Positions 54,734 through 64,000 of a stretch of 64,000 nucleotides of DNA are shown here, piece after piece (position 1 is the stretch's first letter; the number at the start of each line of letters is the position of its first letter). The notes below the pieces were generated by a model. It worked only from the letters and a program-made list of their open reading frames with translations, did no database searches and had not been told where the DNA came from. Origin of the DNA: Antedon mediterranea (lineage: Eukaryota; Animalia; Echinodermata); NCBI RefSeq assembly GCF_964355755.1, contig NC_092674.1, positions 31,558,001-31,622,000 of the forward strand. The letters run 5' to 3'. The translations under genes and the position numbers were made by a program.

Positions 54734-55453
54734 GTATGTCAATTCATTTCGTTCATCTTCTTCTAACTTTGCATTAAATTGAACGGATATTTATTTTCTA
54801 GAAGATCCGTTTATCCGGCTACACGTGTATTAAGAGTTTTCGATTTATCAGATTTAGAGTAACGAACCGTTTCCTTATGCATTCATCAATCACGCACTTA
54901 ATAGAAATATGATGCCAGAAGAAGAAATTTCCATTGACAAGTAATTTTTTTATGAAGAAAGTGAAACATTATAACATTCCATTTCCTAAAAATGATTCCT
55001 TGTGTAGTTTTATGTCAAACAATAATAGAAAAAATTAATGCATTATTACTCATACTAAAAGGAGATGCCTTCATATAGATTATTTTTCCTCTGCATGGAA
55101 ATTGTCACAATCTTTTTTAGTTGACAAATTCTACTTATTCTAATACCAAAAACATAGTATTATTTACAGAATAGAATTTTAAAGCTTATTTATTATTCCA
55201 AGACCAAAATTATGGGTACATTTTGAATTATGTTAAATATTAAATAATACTTCAGCATTATAGTAAATTGTCTGAAAACGTCCTCTACACTTTTACAGGT
55301 ACTGTATACAACTGTATAAACTAGGATAACATGGAAATATAGGAAAAGTCATTAGAAAGTTTGTTTGGAGCTATTGTTTATTTTATAAAATTATTCAAAC
55401 TGTTTAAATCTATTAATTCTATTAATTCAATTAAAGCTATGCATTATTTTTAG

Positions 55454-55558
55454 GCTGCAAGAGAGATAATAAACTTAATTGAGTCAACTGGTGTTGTAGA
55501 ATTTGCAACAAAAGCATCATTTGTGGATGACCCAGGTGCGGAACTAGACAAAATAAAG
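55454..55558 (+). CDS. GABA-B-R3-like receptor coding exon 4
   Basis: TTAG|AAREIINLIESTGVVEFATKASFVDDPGAELDKIK|GTTAGA. Confidence 0.9.
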
Positions 55559-57066
55559 GTTAGAAATAACATAACTCATCATTTCTTACCGAATCAGCTG
55601 GTAAGAGACTTAGTTACTCGTTGCTTTTAGTGAATCGTGTTTAAGAATTGAAAGCTTATCTAATACCACAGAGATGGTTAGCAGCCATGTAGTAAATAAA
55701 TAAAGTCTTAACAAGGATAATAAAATAATCAAGGATAAAAAAATCTGTAACGTAATAAAAGGAATGCGTACAGAAAAACAAAACCAATATCGTTTAAGTG
55801 AATCTAAAAAAACTTTATAGAAAATGACAAACGGATTTCAAAGATTAAGAGTAAAACTATGTTATCATTCTAAAACAAACTATAGTTAAGATAATATTCC
55901 TAATATTATGCTTATGTCAACGGATATTAGAATTTGAGAAAGAAGAATTAATCAATACGGTTGATAGTCAATGTGAAGTGACTGTAGGTTTTGAAGCAAT
56001 GTTATTGCATTTGCTTTGATGAACACTTTGCTGAAGAGAAATTAAACAACAACAAATGTTTGTATAAGCGTGTGACTCAATTGCTCTGGAAATCACCATG
56101 AAAAAATTAACGACAGCTCTAGGTTTGAATAACAATACAGAACTCGAAAGTAATTCCAGTTAGTGTACTCGTTACTGCTATATACAGACAATTGGCAATA
56201 GCAAGAACATTAGAAACTACAAAATAACAATAATCTTGAAAATACAAAGAAATCAATAAAAAAATATATATAAAATCGGTACACAGTTAAAATTACTGGA
56301 GAACCGATTCTATGGCACGGAATTGAATTATACTAAAATCTATTCAACAGCGATGATGTTACAAAGATACAGCTATGATTCCCTTATCTATAATAGTATG
56401 TAGGCCTACTTCGAATACCATGTATGTTAGAATGATGAATTTATAATTGAGTTATTATATAGAATATTTAATATGCCGTTACTTGTCTTAAACGATCAAT
56501 CTCAACTAGTTCGTTGATCATACCGAAATATACACAGAATTAACCTTTGGCCCATTCTCCTCACTAAACGTGCGTTTTAACGCCTCGAGCTTCAATATCC
56601 ACTTGCGTTCAATATAGTAACTCGCTCTAACCAACTACCGTGTAGTGTAATAGATTTCACAATTTAGCCTCGATAATAATGTTATTGTAAGTACTCAGGA
56701 CTAATTAGTTTGTACTGATTTTGATATTATACACAGATTGTGATGTTTTTATAAATGTAATATTGCAAGACAGACATTTCAGAGGCAAAACGTAAGCCAT
56801 TTAAAGACTAACCTCACATATTAAAATGAATCAAATTCTATTATGTTTAAAAAAATATGACGTGGCAGTCTTTTTAAATTAAAAGTTTAACATGCCCTCT
56901 TTTATTAAAATACATTAGATCAATAAAGAACATATTATTATCCATGGAAATCAAAAGAATTAAAAACACAGAATATAGGCCTAAGTACAGACTAATAGTC
57001 TGTTCTTAGGCCTATAGCAATGTAAGTAAAGTTTGTGATTTTAAATTTCAATTTTGTTTTTGACAG

Positions 57067-57132
57067 GAACAAGATCGTCGAATAATTATTGGTACGTTTG
57101 GTCAAAAAGAGGCAAGAAAGGTGTTCTGTGAG
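57067..57132 (+). CDS. GABA-B-R3-like receptor coding exon 5
   Basis: ACAG|EQDRRIIIGTFGQKEARKVFCE|GTGAAT. Matches the GABA-B DxRIIxG...ARKVFCE motif. Confidence 0.94.
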
Positions 57133-57411
57133 GTGAATATATTCTACATTAATAATTTATGTAGCTGTCAATAAAAAAATAGAATAAATGACAATATTGT
57201 TTGTCCACACAAAAAAGGAGAAACCCATTATATTAGATTAGTTCGGCGCCGCTCAGAACAGTTCTGTCATCATCATTCCGTTCAAGTTATTAAACACGGA
57301 AAACAATAACATCAAAACAGTTAGCAAATAATAGGTATTCTATTTTTATAAAGGACTTTTTCAAATGGCTAATTTGGATGGCTTACATCCTAACTTTCAT
57401 TCTGATTACAT

Positions 57412-57763
57412 TATCACACTATCATCATCATCATAATCATCATTATAATCATCATCATCATCAACATCATCATAATAATAATCATCCCCATCATCATCAT
57501 CTTTATCACTTTTATCATCATCAACATCATCATAATAATAATCATCCCCATCATCATCATCTTTATCTCCTTTATCATCATTATTATTATCATCATCTTC
57601 ATCATCAATATCATCATCAACATCATTACCAACATTATCATCGTCTTCATCATCATCATCATCACCAACATCATCATCTTTATCATCATCAACATCATCA
57701 ACGTCATCATCAACATCATCATCATCATCATCAATAGCATCATCGTCATCATCAACATCATCA
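57412..57763. repeat. Degenerate (CAT)n microsatellite in intron 5
   Basis: Trinucleotide runs with an internal 60-bp duplication. Source of the poly-His and poly-Met ORFs. Confidence 0.93.
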
Positions 57764-59966
57764 CGAACAGCAGCCCTATATTCAACATAATATCACCAAA
57801 CTAATACAGCAAGACATTTTAGTGATTTATGAAACGGAGTATTTTAAAACCCATAGTGCCAAATATCTAACTATGCATTGTTTATTTCATTATGTTTAAG
57901 TTAAAAGATGCTGCAGTAGTAAGCCATGTGCTAAAAAAAGATATCTTACACACCCTCCAATTCAGAGATTCCGAGTTTAGAGAATGAAAGTACAGCCATT
58001 TATAGCAGCATTTCCCTTGGCTATTTACAACGAATTAAACATCACTGGTTTCGATCGTATAACGCTGATCAATTATTAATAACAGCAAGTGGGGATCCAT
58101 TTAGCTGATGAAATATCACTGGAGGCATCATATGCTATAAATCCTTTGCGGTACTTATATGATTCAGCTTCCCACCCATGAGTATAAATAATTAGTACTT
58201 CTGGGATTTGGATGTTACAATAATGTTATTAAATTTACGCTGAGTATTACGGTTTAATAACAATGCCAGAGACCAGGTTCATAGCAAATGCATATCAGAA
58301 CTATTTTCCAATCTTTTTACAAAATCGTTTACTTTACATTTTAACAAGCATCATAAGCTTTTTATATCCCGTGGAAAAATAAATGTTAACAGCTGAAATA
58401 AATTTTGAAAACACTTTAAATTTCCGCACGTTTGTAAAATGCAAAACATAATGCTAACAAGAGGTCTAAAACTGTTTAATTATTATAGGTTAAAAGTTCG
58501 TTTATAACTTTACGGCTTCATAATAGATTATTATGATTGATCAGTTTACCCCAAGTATTGACTTGACTGATGACTATAACCAAGTTCAAAGCTGTTTTGC
58601 TATTGCCTATACGTAATGACGACGTTAAACAACTGTAACCATTCTCAACTACAAGAGTTTAAAGTAGATTTTATTCCAAATCTCGAATAGAATGAAAGTC
58701 TTAACAACTACATCCAGTTATATCTACCATAATTTCACCAGCTCGTAGCCATGAGTGTTTATGAAATTCGTTTTCCCACAATAAGGGGCAAACATCGTTA
58801 TTAGCTCATCTCAGCAAAAAGAGGATTCGAACCTTAACTCTAAACCTGAATGGAAAGTACACAATTATCTTACAGTTAGTATAATAATTCTACCATATTT
58901 CTTGTAAGAATGTGCTTACGATCGACCTTCTTATAACAATCAAGAGAATCGTATAAAGGAAATTAAAACATTTTAAAGTATAAATCTTATTTTAAATTAA
59001 AATAATATAAACTTGAGGCTGTATTATTAGTAGAAATTATCATTGGAATAATTAAAACAAATTCAAATGTCATTTGAAGTCATAATAATATATAAAATTA
59101 TGTAAACGCATTTACGAGACAAAAATAAATTATTTCTGATAGTCATTAACGTTTTAATACATTTTATTTAATTGAATCAACATAAAATATGGAATTATTA
59201 CTTAAACAAGTTGTGAACTGTAGTATTCAAAAAACGTTCCTGGCTGGGTCGGAACCTCCTTGCTGGTGGACCGCATAGAATGTAATCACGATTATTGGAA
59301 ATAGTTATTGCCATTTCTCCTTACCCGTCTGGTGTATCTCTTAACATTTTACCCGACATAATTACGATTTGAAGCGGATTTTTTTTTATAATGATTCATG
59401 GACTATGCATTTTGTTTTTATACAGTGTCATTTTTGTCTGATCTTTTAATAACTATAATGTATGTAATCCATAAAATGTGTAACACATTGTTGATATCCG
59501 ATTATACTATATATTTTACCACCATGTTACCATCGTATCTCTTCAATTAACTGATCGGTTGTCGATAACATGAGGTTTATAATAACATGTAAATCTTCTT
59601 TAACTGTTTTTGTAATGTTAAACCAATGTTTGTATTGTAAAATCTGCAGTCACACACATCTGCAGAAAATCAATGCTGTTTTGATATACTAACGAACATT
59701 AATTATGCTAACTACATTATTTGCTGGTTTCAGTTTTATTTTCCAATACAGTAAATACAATAATTAATTTCTTTATAAACAAGATGAACATCTTTTAAAA
59801 TGATCAGGAAATCAGCGTGATAATATTTGTTAATATAGAGAAAATTGCCGCTCAAACGTATACCATAGAAAATTTCTTCTCCCATAAGGTTTGCCTGTAC
59901 TCAGTTGAAAAAGGTCCAACAATGATTTTAGTGGATACAACATTTTAAGTGTTTTCTTTTGTATAG

Positions 59967-60155
59967 GCATACAGACGCGGAATGCACAAGAGCAAATACG
60001 TGTGGCTTCTGATTGGCTGGTACAGCAAGGAATGGTGGCGCGAAACAGACAATATAGAGTGTACGCAGCAGGAACTAATGCAGGCCACGAATAATGTATT
60101 TTTTATTGATAGTTTGAATTTAGGGATTGAAGATAAACCGTCAGTTTCAGGTTTG
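59967..60155 (+). CDS. GABA-B-R3-like receptor coding exon 6
   Basis: ATAG|AYRRGMHKSKYVWLLIGWYSKEWWRETDNIECTQQELMQATNNVFFIDSLNLGIEDKPSVSGL|GTAAGT. Confidence 0.95.
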
Positions 60156-60439
60156 GTAAGTCACAGTATACGTCATCATTCTAATTATGTTTATAAAAAT
60201 TACGTGTAGATAAAAATGATATTGTCCAATCTAATATTCTTTCTACATTATGATATTGAGGAAGATTTATTTGTTTAAATAAAGCCCACAAGGTATTATA
60301 TGAAGACGTGTTCTCTCATTCAATGGAAACAAAACTTGGAAAAAACATGTAGTTCAATGTCTAATAATGAATTCAACGTACTGTATGTAACCAAAATAAT
60401 AGTCACACATTCACTTTTTTTAAAATTTATACATTTCAG

Positions 60440-60694
60440 AAACCTTCAGAATTTGAAACACTATTTTCTAATGGATCAACCCGTCCAATAAGTCCACACG
60501 CACCGCAGACATTTGATGCGATTTGGACTATCTACCAAACACTGCGCAATACAATCACGGTGCTTGGCCGAAACCTATCATTAAGTCAGGAAGACACGAT
60601 CGATTTATTATCTAAGCTCAACTACAAAAACAATAGGCAAGTGCGTCATATTCTGATGCAGGAAATGGCAAAACAGAGTTTCGATGGAGTCTCG
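60440..60694 (+). CDS. GABA-B-R3-like receptor coding exon 7
   Basis: TCAG|KPSEFETLFSNGSTRPISPHAPQTFDAIWTIYQTL...NYKNNRQVRHILMQEMAKQSFDGVS|GTAATT. Confidence 0.93.
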
Positions 60695-60974
60695 GTAATT
60701 ATAGAATTATCTTAATATGTGTTTGTTATGATATGAAATATGTTGTATTACTACAAAGAGTGGAACAACCTCGAGCCGAAAGGAGGCTCTGCTTATGTTA
60801 TTGTTAGAGATAATTACTGAAGAATCAACTTTCATTGCTCTACTATTCAATGTGTGGGATGCCTATATTCTCCGATTTACCTATAAACTACTATACTTGA
60901 AAAGTACTTTCTGAATGGGCAAGTTTAAAAAACTGTCATCAAAAGATGTGCTTAACCAAACCCACGTATTATTC

Positions 60975-61109
60975 ATGTCCACACATGTATCTATGTCCAC
61001 ACATGTATCTATGTCCACACATGTATCTATGTCCACACATGTATCTATGTCCACACATGTATCTATGTCCACACATGTATCTATGTCCACACATGTATCT
61101 ATGTCCACA
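60975..61109. repeat. 18-bp minisatellite, about 7.5 copies, in intron 7
   Basis: Unit ATGTCCACACATGTATCT. Confidence 0.95.
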
Positions 61110-61245
61110 TTTCTCTATGTCCTCCGTCATTATGTCCATATGTCCACATGGATTGTAATGTGCCCATGTCCACATGTCCATATACCCGCATATGCACAAA
61201 AGAGATTTGCATTATTAATGTTGATTTATTCTTATTACCATAAAG

Positions 61246-61306
61246 GGTACTGTTAGATTTGATGGACCGGATCGATTAGGAACAACAAGAATTCGACAAA
61301 AACAAG
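61246..61306 (+). CDS. GABA-B-R3-like receptor coding exon 8
   Basis: AAAG|GTVRFDGPDRLGTTRIRQKQ(G)|GTAATA, phase 1. Confidence 0.92.
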
Positions 61307-61395
61307 GTAATATTAATAACATGATTATAATGAAACTTCGGTGATAACAAATATATTCTAGCTGTGATTACATTCACGATTATTATATTAACCAG

Positions 61396-61488
61396 GTGAT
61401 GGCTTAGCGACGGTGGCGCTATTCTTTCCAGAAGACGGTGGTTATCTAGACTTTACTTATCCAGGATGTTCTCCAATAAAATGGCCAG
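61396..61488 (+). CDS. GABA-B-R3-like receptor coding exon 9
   Basis: CCAG|DGLATVALFFPEDGGYLDFTYPGCSPIKWP(G)|GTACGA, phase 1. Confidence 0.92.
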
Positions 61489-61736
61489 GTACGAACACAT
61501 TATAAAACTTTCGTGAGAATGTACAATATCAATATTGATGTTAAGTAGAAAGATTAAATATACCAATAAACTCTATGGGTTGTTGTGTTTTTAATGTAGT
61601 AACATCAATGATAATGATCAAAATATTTTCTTTTAGAATACTAGATCGCGGATTTTAATTATTAATTTTCGTTTTATTTTCATTATTTTGTTAAAAATGT
61701 AATACTATTTTTGATCTGTTTTTGATCTGACAAAAG

Positions 61737-61884
61737 GTCGAATTCCCGTTGATGAGTTGACTTACGTAGAGAAACCTTTACACGTGTCTTCAAGTGCTTT
61801 GATTGTCATCAGCGTCATCAATGGAGTTGGTATTAGTGTTGCTTTGGCATTTCTCGGTTTCAACATTCGTTTTCGTAATGATAA
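61737..61884 (+). CDS. GABA-B-R3-like receptor coding exon 10 (stalk and TM1)
   Basis: AAAG|RIPVDELTYVEKPLHVSSSALIVISVINGVGISVALAFLGFNIRFRND(K)|GTAAGT, phase 2. Confidence 0.94.
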
Positions 61885-62345
61885 GTAAGTCATCCCATAA
61901 CATACCAAAACATAAACACATACAGGTGTATTGTTAAAGGCGCATTTGATCTTCAATTTAAGATATATTGTTGACATTTTATGATATACTGAATTAATTA
62001 AAATTGTTGCGCTACTAACATGGATTTGTTGTTTGGTTTGTTTTTTAACAATAATAATAAATTTGCAATTATTCCATGCAAGAAATAACACGGGTAATTT
62101 AGCACGCTGTTTTTATCTATTGTGATTTAAATTCTACGTTTTTAACAATTGTACGCTGATGATTAATGCATTAAAAATTAAATGAAAATGTATAATTTAA
62201 TCAATTGATATCCTGTTTCGAGGCTAAACAAGATCTTATTTTAAATTGCCATACGGTATAGTACAATTGTTGATATTCATCAATCTAAGAATAAAACAAA
62301 TAAGTTTCATAATATGAATCCAAATTTAAGATATATTTTTTGCAG

Positions 62346-62478
62346 ATCAATTAAAATGTCAAGTCCAAACTTAAACAATTGTATTGTGGTTGGATGTATA
62401 CTGGTGTACCTTTCTGTAATACTACAAGGACTTCACACCGAAATTGTTCCGGTTTCGTCGTTCGTTCCATTATGCACG
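62346..62478 (+). CDS. GABA-B-R3-like receptor coding exon 11 (ICL1, TM2, start of TM3)
   Basis: GCAG|SIKMSSPNLNNCIVVGCILVYLSVILQGLHTEIVPVSSFVPLCT|GTAAGT. IKMSSPxLN is the GABA-B signature. Confidence 0.96.
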
Positions 62479-63202
62479 GTAAGTCAACATTAGCTACTTA
62501 ACTCCAATATACTTGTTAAGTGATTATTGATGAGTGATTAACTAGGCATACTATCAAAATATCCTGTTAGTTAACTCACCAATCCTGCATTACTATTTTT
62601 GGATTTTGTAAATATGAACAGCCAATTTACTGAGTACTGCGTCTCGTGTAACCATGGTAATAAAATCTGCAAATATAATGACTCTCATCACTCGTGTTGT
62701 CGGTAATGAAACAAATCTACGATGTACAGTAAACAAAAAGCCCTTAATTAGTTTGATTTATCTAAAATGGAATGATGTTCATAATACTTCTATGGGTTCT
62801 AAAATGATAATACATCATACTATTTTAATACTGCTAAGTGAGTATGTTACTTTTTTTTTAAAGATGTTATTCTTACTTGGTACTAATAATGATATAATGG
62901 TTTTCATAATAAATAATTCTATATGTATTGTAAAATGAACCACGCAACGTGTAATTATAATTTTTAATAATAGCTACTTTTCCAATCCATTATAACGGAA
63001 CAACTAAAAAAATACATAAACATAAGCTGTAAAGGTTAAACATACAATGATTGTATTAGAAAAAAAATAATGGATCTAATATACCGAGACCTATCAGTTA
63101 AACATTGTCAAATGATGCGGGGGTTTAGTAGGCTAACCATGAAACATCTGTCAGTGAACCAAAATTTCCAAAACTTCCAATAATGTGTATTGATTTGTAT
63201 TA

Positions 63203-63625
63203 AACAAAAAAGAAATGAGTTTGTTTTTTGCCCTTTAATATCTAAACAAAACATTGCAATACAATAAACAAGAAATGAGTTTGTTTGTTGCCCTTTAATA
63301 TCTAAACAAAACATTGCAATACAATAAATAAGAAATGAGTTTGTTTGTTGCCCTTTAATATCTAAACAAAACATTGCAATACAATAAATAAGAAATGAGT
63401 TTGTTTGTTGCCCTTTAATATCTAAACAAAACATTGCAATACAATAAATAAGAAATGAGTTTGTTTGTTGCCCTTTAATATCTAAACAAAACATTGCAAT
63501 ACAATAAATAAGAAATGAGTTTGTTTGTTGCCCTTTAATATCTAAACAATACATTGCAATACAATAAATAAGAAATGAGTTTGTTTGTTGCCCTTTAATA
63601 TCTAAACAAAACATTGCAATACAAA
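63203..63625. repeat. 60-bp minisatellite, 7 copies, in intron 11
   Basis: Consecutive 60-nt lines are nearly identical: AGAAATGAGTTTGTTTGTTGCCCTTTAATATCTAAACAAAACATTGCAATACAATAAATA. Confidence 0.97.
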
Positions 63626-64000
63626 ACCTTCAATAAACAATTTTCTTAGAAATTATAGTTTGTATGCATAATTCGAGTGGCAATTAAATTTTCAAAAACA
63701 CAACAATTGAGATAATAACAACGAAATTAGCTAATTTCCATTGCCCATCTATTGTTATAATGAGGCATTTATTTGCGATCGATTAAGCTTCTATTTCGGA
63801 ACTAAACAATCAGGCTAAGATGGTTTGGTAATTCGTATGGATTAGTTTCTGCAAACAACATATTCGCGGTCAATAATAATAATGACTACCGTATCAAATA
63901 TCATGACGACCTTTAAACATATTTCCATCGTATCTCTTTGCAAAAATAACCATAGCATTGTATAGCAAGATATTTTGTTGTGTTTACCACCAAACATTTT

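Larger units (their letters stand above)
40248..62478 (+). other. Gene span (3' partial): GABA-B receptor family class C GPCR, GABA-B-R3-like; 11 coding exons, 551 codons in window
   Basis: Exons splice in frame (intron phases 0,0,0,0,0,0,0,1,1,2,0) into a signal peptide, Venus flytrap domain, TM1 and TM2. There is no cysteine-rich domain, as in GABA-B receptors. Confidence 0.93.

Noticed and set aside
57378-57788. His-rich metal-binding protein or Met-rich protein
   Set aside because: These are reading frames of an intronic (CAT)n microsatellite. Exons 5 and 6 join in frame without it.
60881-61256. Four repetitive ORFs (CPHMYL, MSTHVS and others)
   Set aside because: An 18-bp intronic minisatellite that is stop-free by chance.
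63108-63614. 168-aa repeat protein on the minus strand
   Set aside because: Translation of the 60-bp intronic minisatellite.
63814-63831. Possible receptor exon 12 after CAG (AKMVW...)
   Set aside because: It hits a stop after 5 codons and lacks the expected TM3 GFSLxFGxMFxKxWRV motif. The next exon must lie beyond the window.

Overview
AT-rich (roughly 30% GC) eukaryotic, intron-rich animal DNA. It is probably a marine invertebrate; echinoderm-like is my inference from repeat types and TAGGCCTA enrichment. The right part of the window holds the first 11 coding exons (40248-62478, + strand, 551 codons, all GT-AG introns, open frame) of a class C GPCR of the GABA-B family. It most resembles the Drosophila GABA-B-R3 type and runs off the window after TM2. 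The rest is non-coding: minisatellites, non-autonomous DNA transposons (TTAA-TSD Kolobok-like, PIF/Harbinger-like, pogo/Tigger-like, one foldback), a 5'-truncated L2/CR1-group LINE and a tRNA-derived SINE. There is also a probable signal-peptide first exon of a divergent minus-strand gene near 15.5 kb. Intron 2 of the receptor contains a four-level nested insertion. No prokaryotic-type system (CRISPR, operon) is present, and most ORFs in the supplied track are spurious. The most unusual signals are the R3-like receptor lacking canonical GABA-contact residues, the nested element ending in a long hairpin, and a strong excess of TAGGCCTA with a matching TA-GGC-TA insertion polymorphism that suggests transposon footprints.
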